Source of the DNA: Candidatus Latescibacterota bacterium
Lineage (GTDB): Bacteria > Latescibacterota > UBA2968 > UBA8231
Direction of reading: 5' to 3'
NCBI GenBank assembly: GCA_965217585.1
Contig: OZ244561.1
Location: 5,664,001-5,728,000 of the forward strand
Length of the DNA stretch: 64,000 nucleotides
The stretch's first letter is position 1, and every line of letters starts with the position of its first letter. The notes below the pieces were generated by a model. It did no database searches, had not been told where the DNA came from, and saw only the letters and a list, made by a program, of their open reading frames with translations. Of this stretch, positions 10,501 to 18,992 are shown in pieces. Made by a program: the position numbers and the translations under genes.

Positions 10501-10699
10501 GCCAGTGCGACTGGTGATCTACAACACCCTCGGCCAGCCGGTGCGCACGCTGGTGGACGCAGTCCAAGCTGCCGACGCGTACCAAGTTCCTTGGGACGGC
10601 TGCGACCACCGCGGAGCGCGCGTCGCCAACGGGGTTTACTTATACCGGCTTCAGGCTGGGGAGATCTCCCGGGTGCGCAAGATGCTGGTCCTGGAATAA
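7577..10699 (+). CDS. Secreted WD40-repeat protein with a second beta-propeller-like domain and a FlgD/T9SS type-A-like C-terminal domain
   Basis: Signal peptide; about 13 GH...FSPDG.TLASGS.D.TVRLWD repeats; C-terminus SNYPNPFN...RKMLVLE. Confidence 0.9.
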   Translation: MKKAYLFNVALLLVGVLFVPASYAQDYTRRNLPEGALARLGKGEAKAALYSADGMRLAVNSSLGIWIYDAHTGAEVVLIPEGNARVIALSSDGSTLASTRASTKSWRDRTVRLWDADSGELKAVLEGHKDLISSMSFAPDGATLASGSYDETIRLWDVASGEVVAILEGYNEPVHSVSYSPNGAIIASGGRDNTVWLWDVASGQLKAVLEGHKEWISSMSFAPDGATLASGSYDETIRLWDVASGQLKAVLEGHKDWSISSMSFSPDGASLASGSWDSTVRLWDVDSGQTQNTLEPPGLVYSVSYTPDGASLIVVSGYGTVQLWDADSGQMQGTLPGHTVWVYSVAFSPDGATLASSHINGELWLWDVAGSQLKAFEGHMDMSRVRSVVFSPDGVTLAGIDHTVRLWDVDSGQMRNTLRSYIYPRSVAFSPDGVTLASGHRNGEVRLWDAANIGSRAEPVILQGHLEEVLSVAFSSDGVTLASGHINGEVRLWDVNSGQLKTILEGHTDWVSSVAFSPDGAGLASSSNDGTVRLWDADSGQMQGTLPGHTDDADDWVTSLAYSPDGFTLAGGGSAGTILLWDAVSGQLKTTLEGHTGRVYSIAFSPDGTILASGSNDGTILLWDMLNIPNPPVNISVPLGFAVEKSSWLEPIAMDLITNREYGTGIIGATIRGAASDDGEVLLWRFSAEGEELVARIPAELVNAVPTVRFDQTGLFDNKLFVTINAGPDGQRTTRVVIVEPNGEFRDAINIYNENSTQASIEFISHSSYPAGAYIYDADIGQGQSFYRLDTSFNLHLIASHTLPADRSDIDPMDLKADPTGKYGGLLTLSDTDLNHQRLSGLYQLQANGEWRTLVPPAPVSERQFQGIAFSNAGPLGNGLYVADAAANNIWIASPRGHIEAFVIGFVAPKRVAIGPEGADMWVTDQTGLYRIFSTDPADQEARKTTLPVASSLESNYPNPFNSSTQIPYRVSAPGPVRLVIYNTLGQPVRTLVDAVQAADAYQVPWDGCDHRGARVANGVYLYRLQAGEISRVRKMLVLE
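7937..8307 (+). repeat. Near-identical ~119-bp coding repeats within the WD40 gene (7937-8055 and 8189-8307)
   Basis: Direct comparison shows the copies are offset by 252 bp, i.e. two 42-aa WD units. Confidence 0.9.
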
Positions 10700-10775
10700 A
10701 GTAGCCCAGAACCGCTGCGGCGGTGTTCCATCTCCTATTCCCCCAAGAGATTCCTCTGTTATCCGACCGCCAGAT

Positions 10776-12347
10776 TCATCGACGGCGACGGGAAGCTCTG
10801 CGCTGCTGCGGACAGTCACTGAAGTCCCGGCGCGGGTCCTGGCTGACCACATCTGGATAATAGAGCGGCTGGTCCGCTTCTACCAGCATCCCGTCTCCAC
10901 GCATGATCTGGTTAGACGTTCGGGGCTTTATCCGGCTCGGATACTGCTTGTGATATTGCGCACTTTCCCGCCTAGTCGACTCTATGACTTCCTCAAAATC
11001 AAAGCCATCAAAGAGCGCGGACTTGAGTTTCTCCAGTTCGGCGGCCATCTCCCCTGTGGCGCGGCCTACCAGATTGCGCTGCTCGTGCGGATCGTCCATC
11101 AGGTCGAAGGCCAGATCCTCGCAGGTGTGGAAGGCGATGTACTTGTAGCGCTGCGAGCGGATCATGCGGTATCCTTTGCCCAGGTGTCCGACGATGACGC
11201 CGGGGCGCGCTGCCAGAGCCGGGCAGGCATCGCCCCGCCCCGCCGGCGCCAAGTCGATGCCGTCCAGACCGTCGAGCAGAGGCGCGTCGGTCAAGCCACA
11301 GAGCGTGGGGAAGATATCGGCCAGGCTCACCGGCGCGGCGATTTCAGCTGGCGAGAGCTGGCCCCTGCGGTGCTCCGGCAGGGAGACGATCAGCGGCACC
11401 CGAACAGAAGCTTCGTGCCAAGTCTGTTTCCACCACAGGCCGTGCTCTCCAGCCAGTTCGCCGTGGTCCGAGGTGTAGACGATGACGGTGTTGTCGAGCA
11501 GCCCGTCGCGCTCCAAGACCGCTAAAAAGTCCCCTATGATCTCGTCCAACTGGTCTACGCAGGCAACGTATGCCGCCCGGGCGCGCAGGGTCTGGTCCGC
11601 GGTGATCTCTTCGGCGGGATGCCCCTGGGACTCGCCACTATCCGACCTCAGAGCTTCCAAGGTCATGGGGTGGTCCTCGGCGTCCCCGCTGCGGCCCACC
11701 CGCGGCGGAGTGACCCCTTCGGGGTAGTAGCGCTCGAAAAAGCGGCGGGGTGCGTTCATCGGGAAGTGCGGGTGAACGAACGAGGTGTACATCAACCAGG
11801 GCTGGTCCGGGTGGGCGTGGCGGTGTTCGCGCAGCCACGCCGTGGCCTCGCGCACGACAAACTGCTCCTGGAACAGGGATTCGGGGATATCGCTGAGACC
11901 GGCATCCTCAATGATGGAGGGCATGAAGATGTGATCCTGGATCCCGGGCAGAAAAAGTGGGTCTTTCTGATGGCCTGGCGAGGGCGCGTCAAAATCGCCG
12001 TAGGGGCGGGCCCCGAAACCGGCGTACTGACGGGAGCCCCGCAGGTGCATCTTGCCGACGGCGGCCGTGGCGTAGCCGTGCTGCCCTAGGTGCGAAGCAA
12101 AGGTAGGGGTGTCAGGCCACAGGACCGGGCAGCGATGCGGGTGCCGGCCGGACAGCATCGACATTCGGCTGGGCGTACACAGGGGCATCTGGCAATAGGC
12201 AGTTTCGAAGTGGACGCCCTGCTGGATGAGACGGTCAAGCGTCGGAGTGCGGCAGGGTTCGCCGCCGCGCTCCGGAGAGCGGGCCGAGAGGAAGCGAAAA
12301 CTGTGTTCATCGCTGAGGAGAAAGAGGATATTGGGGCGATTGGGCAT
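10776..12347 (-). CDS. Sulfatase (formylglycine-dependent, choline-sulfatase-like)
   Basis: AGGAG SD before ATG 12347. Motifs PNILFLLSDEH, CTPSR (CxPxR), GKMH, SDHGE. Confidence 0.92.
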   Translation of the reverse strand: MPNRPNILFLLSDEHSFRFLSARSPERGGEPCRTPTLDRLIQQGVHFETAYCQMPLCTPSRMSMLSGRHPHRCPVLWPDTPTFASHLGQHGYATAAVGKMHLRGSRQYAGFGARPYGDFDAPSPGHQKDPLFLPGIQDHIFMPSIIEDAGLSDIPESLFQEQFVVREATAWLREHRHAHPDQPWLMYTSFVHPHFPMNAPRRFFERYYPEGVTPPRVGRSGDAEDHPMTLEALRSDSGESQGHPAEEITADQTLRARAAYVACVDQLDEIIGDFLAVLERDGLLDNTVIVYTSDHGELAGEHGLWWKQTWHEASVRVPLIVSLPEHRRGQLSPAEIAAPVSLADIFPTLCGLTDAPLLDGLDGIDLAPAGRGDACPALAARPGVIVGHLGKGYRMIRSQRYKYIAFHTCEDLAFDLMDDPHEQRNLVGRATGEMAAELEKLKSALFDGFDFEEVIESTRRESAQYHKQYPSRIKPRTSNQIMRGDGMLVEADQPLYYPDVVSQDPRRDFSDCPQQRRASRRRR

Positions 12348-12394
12348 GGGTATAGCTCCTGTAGAAGTTAGATCATCGCTTGGGCAAAACTCCA

Positions 12395-12426
12395 TAAAAA
12401 ATAAGCCCCTGATTGCTCAGGGGCTT
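12395..12426 (-). terminator. Intrinsic terminator downstream of tRNA-Val
   Basis: Hairpin AAGCCCCTGA-GCAA-TCAGGGGCTT followed by ATTTTTT on the minus strand. Confidence 0.8.
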
Positions 12427-12432
12427 GTAAAG

Positions 12433-12509
12433 TGGTGGGCGATCCCAGACTCGAACTGGGGACATCCTGCTTGTAAGGCAGGCGCTCTGACCAACTGAGC
12501 TAACCGCCC
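12433..12509 (-). tRNA. trnV: tRNA-Val(TAC)
   Basis: Reverse complement GGGCGGTTAGCTCAGTTGGTCAGAGCGCCTGCCTTACAAGCAGGATGTCCCCAGTTCGAGTCTGGGATCGCCCACCA: cloverleaf, anticodon TAC, encoded CCA. Confidence 0.97.
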
Positions 12510-12640
12510 GGCCTCTAAGCATAGCAATTCCGGCCCTTGCGTGCAAAACGAACGCCGTCCATTTGGCACTGTTGACCTCCTGCCCTAGAATTAAAATTCG
12601 CGCCAATGCAATGGCCGACGCGGATTAGCAAGAATACGAC

Positions 12641-13658
12641 ATGACCAATGCCACGCACACCCTGCTGCTCCCCAACCAAGTTGACGAGGCCCTCGCCGCG
12701 CACTTTGCCGCGCTCGGCGTCGGCACAATCGCCGCCTACAAGCTCTGGTGCCACCGGCACGGCCTGAGCACGGCGCTGGACAAAACGCCGCAAGAGCGGG
12801 CCGAGGAGCGGGTGCTCTTCGCCTCGTTGCAGCCATCGGTAGATCCAGCAGCCAGCAAAGAGCACGACCCGCGCCGCGCCGCGCCGACTCGCTATAGCAT
12901 TAGCGGCCAAGTCGTCGATCAGACCGCGTATCTGTCGGAAGTGGCCATCTATCTGAGCGGGAGTGTGCAAGACACGGTGTGGACGGATGCCGAAGGCCGC
13001 TTTGCATTTGCAGATCTCCCAGAGGGTCGCTATCGGCTGATACCGTTCAAGGACGAGCATCTGTTTTTCCCGCCCGAGCAGGCGGTTGTCCTTTCGGGCG
13101 AAGACGCGGTTGGGGTGGAGTTTGTCGAGGTTTTTGCGGTGCTGGCGGTGGCGGTGGAGCGCTTGGAGGTGGACGGGACGCCGCAGACGACTGTGGTGGA
13201 GCTGACTAACAGCGGGTTGGGTCGGTTGATCTGGCAGGTGCGGCACTCGGCGGCTTGGCTGTCGGTATCGGGTGCGGAGTTCGACGGGGTGGTAGAGGAA
13301 CGGGCGGATGGGTCGCTGGCAGGTCAGGGGGCGGGCATGTTGACGGTCGAGACGTCAGGAGCGGGGTTGGCTGCGGGGGCGTATGCAGACACGCTGTATG
13401 TGCAGTCCAATGGCGGCGAGGTGGCTATCCCCGTCAACGTTGACAGACGGGTTCAGGTCTGCACGCGATCCTGTATGGACGCCCGCTGGAAGCCGGATCC
13501 TGTTTTCAGCCGCTGTCGTCTCCGAGTCTAACCCTTTTTCTCCTTTTTCTAGACATATCTTTTCTATTAGTAGTGATGGTTTTGATGTTAGCGATTTGAC
13601 TGAAGACTTCAGCCCTAGCGGCCAACACTTCTTACCTGCCGTGTCCTTGTCGCCATAA
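12641..13658 (+). pseudogene. Chimeric relic: N-terminus resembling PcfJ-domain proteins, then Cna-B/carboxypeptidase-regulatory-like and BACON-like domains, then an out-of-frame TolB/PD40 fragment
   Basis: AYKLWCHRHG...DKT start; abrupt switch at ~12885 to YSISGQV...TDAEGRFAF...G.Y.L.P; LTNSG...W....WLSV BACON-like segment; another frame from ~13440 reads DPVWTPAGSRILFS. No signal peptide despite extracellular-type domains. Confidence 0.55.
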
Positions 13659-13725
13659 TTGAGGCCAAAACGGGGAACGGAGAAAACGAAAAATCGTGCA
13701 TAATAAACGGATGCGATCATCGCGC

Positions 13726-16263
13726 ATGACTTTCGCAAGCCCTAGACTCGTGCTGCTGTCCATCCTGATCCTGGCCAGCGCGCTTTCCGCCCAAGAAGGC
13801 GAGGGCTACCGCCTGCTGTTCAACCAAGTGCGCGTCGATAGGCCCGCGCATTGGCAGGCTTGGGACGCACCTACCGGGGTGCAGGTGGTGCGCGCCGACG
13901 GCACGGTTGAGCCGCGCTTTTTGCGCCGTGGGATAGAAGTGGCGCAGAACGCCCCCGACTTTACCTACGTCAGCGCCTTCGCCTCTGAGGACACCTTACA
14001 GGGCGGGATCTACGCAGTAGGCACGAGCCAGCGCCAAGCCTTTTTCGTTCTCGACGGCGATCCCAATACCTACTGGGAGCCGCAGCGTACCAGCTCGCTG
14101 GATCATTGGTTTTTGGAAATTGATCTCGGTCGTGCGGTGATCGCCCACCGCGTAGTACTGCGCTTTGTCGCCGCAGGGCAGGGCGACCCTTTTTTGAAGT
14201 TCAGGGTAATGGCCTCGGACGGGTTGCGCTGGGGGCAGGGGCGCGACCAGCGGCGGCGGTTCTTCCGCGTCGGCTTGGAGACCAAGCCCAACAAAGACCA
14301 GCGCGAATACGCCTTCGACATCGCGCCCGACCGGCAGGTGCCCGAAGGCGTCGAGGGCGAGATCGTCCAATTTTTGCGCATCGATGTGCTCGACACCGAT
14401 GGGCCGCGGGCCGAGGAGATCAGCGCGGGAACCTACGCATTCTTGGCGGAAGAAGATCGGGGGGCTATCGATCATTTTCGCGTCACCGCCGCCGGCCGCG
14501 AGATTCTCGTCGCTGAGCGCGACTACTTCGACCTGCCTAGTCAGGAGCGCGGCCCGGTGCGCTACTACCGCCACGAGCGGCCCCGCCTCGCCGAGGTCGA
14601 GGTTTTCTCCCTTGGCGAGAACGTGGTACAGCTAACCCAGAGCGGGATTGGGCGCGGCGCTGACGAGCGCGGCTTTGATTTCCTGTTCCGCAGAATCTTC
14701 TCCGACGGCCTGTATAGCTCGGGGTTCAACATGCCGATCTACGATCCGGTGGCCAATGAAAAACAGCTCAAAATTGACCTCGGTGCCAAGTACTGGCTCG
14801 ACCGCATCAAGTTGCTCGCGCCGGCCGACGAGATGCCACCGCTGGCCTATCAACTGCGGATGTCGGACGGGGCACTCAGTCCCAACGGCGAGCGGATCTG
14901 GACCACCTTTGGCGAGCGGCGCAACCTCAGCAGTTACCAGCACTTGGAGGAGACCTTTCCCCTACAGGAGGTGCGCTTTATCGAAGTGCGCCATCTCGAA
15001 TACAACCCCAATGAACAGGTTGAGGGTTACCTGAGCGAAATCCAGGCCTATGGCGAGGGTTTTGTCTCCGAGGTGGAAATGACTTCGCCCTTTATCCCGC
15101 TCGACCGGCCGCGGCTGTTTGCGGCAGTCGAGTGGGAGGGGAAACAACCGCCGGGCACCCGGATTGAGGTCCGCACCCGCTCCGGCGAGGAGATCGTTGA
15201 AGTCCCTCACTACTACGCCACCACCGGCCGCGAGATATCCAAGGAAATGTGGGAACTGCTGTCTGAAAACCGCCGGCCGCCGGTGGTCATCGAGCAGGTC
15301 GCCGGGCCGAGTTGGAGTAACTGGAGCACTATCTATGAGGCTGCGGGCGTGCCCTTTAAGTCGCCGAGTCCGCGAGCCTTCGTGCAAGTGCAGATCAAGC
15401 TGCGCTCCCGCGAGCCACTCCGGGCGGCGAGGATCCGCGATTTGCGTCTGCGCTTCGAGCCGCCGCTGGTAGATAAAATAGTGGGCGAGATCTGGCCCGT
15501 GTGGCAGGTCGAGCCGGGGGTGGAGCAAGACTTTGTGCTCTACTTGCGGCCCGAATTCGCCGTCGGCAACCCAGGCTTCGACCGGCTGCGGCTGCACTCA
15601 TCCTCGGCCGCACCAATCGAGTTGCTCTCGGTGCGCTCGGGCAGGGATACCGCATTGCGCGGCGGGGGCGGGCGGAGGTTGTGGCCGGGCGAGTTAGTTT
15701 TGGAACAGGGGAGGGAAGGTGAGGTCGAGCTGATTTTTCCCGAGCCGGTCTTCCGCGGTAGTTCTATCTACGAGATCAAATTCCGCACCAAAGTCTTTTT
15801 GCAAAGTACGACCTTCACCGCCGAGTTGGAGCAGGTAAGCCAACCGGGCCGGGTGCAATTGGTCAGCGACGGAGATGCCTCAAGTCTCGTTTCTAGTCAG
15901 TCGCTGGTGGTGGTTTCGGATTTGGAGCGGACCCGGCTGCTAAAAGACGTGGCGGTGGTGCCCAAGGTTTTTACCCCCAATGGCGACGGAATCAACGACC
16001 ATACGGATATTGAACTGTCGATTTTTCACTTGGAGGGAACCAAGCAACTGCGGGTGGCGATCTACGATCTGTCGGGGCACAAGGTGCGCGATCTGTCGAG
16101 AGGCACCGAGCATCCCAGCGGCGAACGGCGCGTCGAGTGGGACGGCCGTGACGAGGTCGGCGCAGTCGTGTCACCGGGGATCTACCTAGTGCAGGTCGGC
16201 TTCGCTGCCGACAGCGGCGTGGCAGGGACACACGCGGCGAGTTTGGTACACGTGGCCTACTAA
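13726..16263 (+). CDS. Secreted discoidin-like protein with TPNGDGxND/FlgD C-terminal domain (family A, A1)
   Basis: Signal peptide from ATG 13726. Motifs WFLEIDLGRAV, IDLGAKYWLDRI, RTRSG...WSNWS...SPSPR, GEIWP, FTPNGDGIND; ends LVHVAY. Confidence 0.85.
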   Translation: MTFASPRLVLLSILILASALSAQEGEGYRLLFNQVRVDRPAHWQAWDAPTGVQVVRADGTVEPRFLRRGIEVAQNAPDFTYVSAFASEDTLQGGIYAVGTSQRQAFFVLDGDPNTYWEPQRTSSLDHWFLEIDLGRAVIAHRVVLRFVAAGQGDPFLKFRVMASDGLRWGQGRDQRRRFFRVGLETKPNKDQREYAFDIAPDRQVPEGVEGEIVQFLRIDVLDTDGPRAEEISAGTYAFLAEEDRGAIDHFRVTAAGREILVAERDYFDLPSQERGPVRYYRHERPRLAEVEVFSLGENVVQLTQSGIGRGADERGFDFLFRRIFSDGLYSSGFNMPIYDPVANEKQLKIDLGAKYWLDRIKLLAPADEMPPLAYQLRMSDGALSPNGERIWTTFGERRNLSSYQHLEETFPLQEVRFIEVRHLEYNPNEQVEGYLSEIQAYGEGFVSEVEMTSPFIPLDRPRLFAAVEWEGKQPPGTRIEVRTRSGEEIVEVPHYYATTGREISKEMWELLSENRRPPVVIEQVAGPSWSNWSTIYEAAGVPFKSPSPRAFVQVQIKLRSREPLRAARIRDLRLRFEPPLVDKIVGEIWPVWQVEPGVEQDFVLYLRPEFAVGNPGFDRLRLHSSSAAPIELLSVRSGRDTALRGGGGRRLWPGELVLEQGREGEVELIFPEPVFRGSSIYEIKFRTKVFLQSTTFTAELEQVSQPGRVQLVSDGDASSLVSSQSLVVVSDLERTRLLKDVAVVPKVFTPNGDGINDHTDIELSIFHLEGTKQLRVAIYDLSGHKVRDLSRGTEHPSGERRVEWDGRDEVGAVVSPGIYLVQVGFAADSGVAGTHAASLVHVAY

Positions 16264-18992
16264 TGCGGCGGGCGACGGTCCTCCTCCTGCTATGGGCATC
16301 CGTCGCCGAGGGCGACGATCTCCTGCACTGGGGTATTAGTAGGGTCTATACGTACGGCGAGACCTTTGAGATGGACTATGTCTCGCCGGCGATCCACAAG
16401 TGGTACGGGCCGCACTACTTGCCTGAGACCTATATGGCACCTTGGTACGACCAAGGAAGCAACTTCGCCCGTGACACATACCTGCGCTATATCAGCCTGA
16501 TCCTCGAAGGCGACGAGACCTACGACACCTTCGGCACACCCCTCGGCCGCGGCTGGCTAGTGTACAACTGGCAACAGGATCAGCCCGGCGCGCGCGGCAG
16601 CTTTATTGACAAGCGCGGCGGCGGCCTGTCCTCACTGGACCTGATGGCCAGTCGGCGGCCGGCCTACCGCGACTTCTTCAACCGCTTGGTCATCGTTTCG
16701 GACCAGCGCGGCGCGTCGTCGTACCGGCTGATGATCGGCGATGAGATCGCGACCCGCTTCACGCCGCTGACGTTCAACAAGCCGCGCTTCAATGGCGTGC
16801 GCCTCGACTACGCCGTCGAGCGCTACGAGGCCAGTCTGCTTTTGTCGCGGCCGAGCAATCCCGACGAGGAGGCACAGACCAACTCCACTACGGTGATGGG
16901 TAGCCACCTCGAATATCAGGCCGGGACAGGCGGGAATTTCGGGCTGACCTATATCAATGCCCACAACGTGCTGACGCAGGTGGAATTCAACGAGGGCAAT
17001 CCGCTGCACGGAATTCTGACTTCGCTGGAAAACCAGCCCCTCGACAAGCTGTGGGTCAGAATCAGGGACGACTCGCCCGGCCGCGGTGGCGTCGGAGCGG
17101 CACTGGCGGGTTTCGACATCGTCATGGTCGATACCAGTGGTCGCCAGCTAAGGGGGCGCGATATTGGCTTCCTGCCGCGGCGCGAGGGCGGTTTCGAGGA
17201 GGGGGGTCGGCTGTTTGCCCGCGACGAAGAGAGCATCTTGCTCGAATACGATATGGGCGGCCTCGACTTTGCAGACGTGCAGTCGGGCGACCTGCGCGAG
17301 GTGCAGATCGAACTCTCGCTGGCCAATGACTATAGGGTAGAAGTGGCCTCGGACTTGCAAACGGATGGCCAGCGACGCAATGCTGAGATCGTCTTTTTGC
17401 CCGTCGCCAGGGCCGCAGGCAACGTCCAAGACAACAGTAACACCAAGGTGGTGCGGCTCGACTATGGTCTGCCGACAGCCAGCGAGTTGATCGGCATCAA
17501 CTGGAATCTAAACGATTGGCAGGGCTTCTCGCTTTTGGGCGAGTTGGTGCTCAACCGCCGCTTTTCGCGCTACCCCAATCCCCATATCTCGGCGCACCAC
17601 GAGACCGTCGCCAGCGCCCACGCCGGCTATCTCAACGCGGCCTATCGCAGGGGCGCTTGGATGCTTTTCGGCGAAGGCTTTTCAATCGCAGACGACTACA
17701 GTACCCGCTACTGGCTCACCGACCGCAACGGTCGGATCAAGTTCAAAAACCCAGTGCCGCAGGTCTATGAGTTTGTCGATGACGACGACGACCGCAACGG
17801 CCTGACCGAGTGGGAGCGCCCCTTTTTCGTGCGCTGGGGCGGAATCACTGAATCAGTGACGGTCTCACCGACCAGCATCCGCTCGAACCAGCGCGAAGTG
17901 GCTTGGCCGGGTCTAGACGAGAACGGCGACTTCATCAACGACCACAACCAAAACAGAAACCTCTATCCCGACTACGAAGAGCCTTTCCTGCGCTACCGCG
18001 CCGACCGCCCCGAGTTCCTCTTCGGCCTCGACATGAACCACAACGGCGTCATCGACCGCTTTGAAAACGACCTCGTTCCCGATTATCCCTATAAGCGCGA
18101 CCACCGGGGATTCAACACCTACCTCAAGGCCGAGGTGGTGCCCGCGCTCGAGGTGAGCGTCGGGCGACAGGACATGCGGCTGGTCGCTGGCAACGGGCGG
18201 ACCCGCGCTTGGTATGTGCTAGGTGCTTGGCGCTACCGCTTCACCGGGGGCAGCCAGCTCCGGCTCTTTGAGTTCGGTGCCCGAGTGCGCGACGACATCC
18301 CCGACGATTTGCGGCAGTGGTTCCAGCCGTTGGGGGAACCGGGACGGATGATTGACCGGATCGACTTTTTGCCGGGACGGAACGCTTGGAAAAACTCGCT
18401 ATACCTCGACTTGGACCAACGCCTAGGGGCGCAGATAAGGCTCTTGCACCGCTTCAAATGGGATTGGGTCGAGCAGCAGGACCCGGCCGACGAGGTGCGG
18501 TTCCGGGAGGGCCGCAAGACCAGCGGATTCTTAGGCGCAATCAATAAAGTGGAGTGGAGTATCCCAGTGGGCTTGGGCGTCTTGGAGCCTCGTTTCAAAA
18601 GCGAGTTCCGCCGGGAGCGGCCCTTTAGCACGCGCTACTTAGAATTCACGAGCTTAGAGGAGACCTTCTTCCTGATATGGACGCAGCCGCTTTTTGCCGA
18701 GGCGGTGGGCATCAGCTACTTCCCCCGCTACGGCCGCCAGATATTCAACACCGAATTGCAGGTGGGGCTGGAAGTAGGCCGTCTGTGGCTTTTGGCAGGG
18801 AGGCGGGAGGAAGTAGATGCCGACTTCCTAGGCTGGACCGCGGTCGCTCAACTCAAAAACCGCACGGCCTATCAGGGGTATCAGCTAGTGACCACTACCG
18901 GTGTGCAGTTCCAACAGCGGCGTTTTGCCGGGCGGGTACCGCAGGAAGCGAGTTTGGTCTTTATGACATTGTACGCGGGGTTGAGCCAATGA
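16263..18992 (+). CDS. Large exported protein, predicted outer-membrane beta-barrel-like, with Asp-rich Ca-binding-like motifs (family B, B1)
   Basis: TAATG overlap with the upstream gene; signal peptide; DDDDDRNG, DENGDFIND, DMNHNGVID; amphipathic strand pattern in the C-terminal third; ends TLYAGLSQ. Confidence 0.7.
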   Translation: MRRATVLLLLWASVAEGDDLLHWGISRVYTYGETFEMDYVSPAIHKWYGPHYLPETYMAPWYDQGSNFARDTYLRYISLILEGDETYDTFGTPLGRGWLVYNWQQDQPGARGSFIDKRGGGLSSLDLMASRRPAYRDFFNRLVIVSDQRGASSYRLMIGDEIATRFTPLTFNKPRFNGVRLDYAVERYEASLLLSRPSNPDEEAQTNSTTVMGSHLEYQAGTGGNFGLTYINAHNVLTQVEFNEGNPLHGILTSLENQPLDKLWVRIRDDSPGRGGVGAALAGFDIVMVDTSGRQLRGRDIGFLPRREGGFEEGGRLFARDEESILLEYDMGGLDFADVQSGDLREVQIELSLANDYRVEVASDLQTDGQRRNAEIVFLPVARAAGNVQDNSNTKVVRLDYGLPTASELIGINWNLNDWQGFSLLGELVLNRRFSRYPNPHISAHHETVASAHAGYLNAAYRRGAWMLFGEGFSIADDYSTRYWLTDRNGRIKFKNPVPQVYEFVDDDDDRNGLTEWERPFFVRWGGITESVTVSPTSIRSNQREVAWPGLDENGDFINDHNQNRNLYPDYEEPFLRYRADRPEFLFGLDMNHNGVIDRFENDLVPDYPYKRDHRGFNTYLKAEVVPALEVSVGRQDMRLVAGNGRTRAWYVLGAWRYRFTGGSQLRLFEFGARVRDDIPDDLRQWFQPLGEPGRMIDRIDFLPGRNAWKNSLYLDLDQRLGAQIRLLHRFKWDWVEQQDPADEVRFREGRKTSGFLGAINKVEWSIPVGLGVLEPRFKSEFRRERPFSTRYLEFTSLEETFFLIWTQPLFAEAVGISYFPRYGRQIFNTELQVGLEVGRLWLLAGRREEVDADFLGWTAVAQLKNRTAYQGYQLVTTTGVQFQQRRFAGRVPQEASLVFMTLYAGLSQ

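Noticed and set aside
12433-12509. tRNA-Val as an integration site of an island or prophage
   Set aside because: No integrase and no duplicated tRNA 3' end were found in the window.
18677-18988. Long N-terminal extensions of A2 (from 18677) and B2 (from 20755) in the ORF track
   Set aside because: They overlap the upstream genes. Signal peptides begin at the overlapping ATGs 18989 and 20875.
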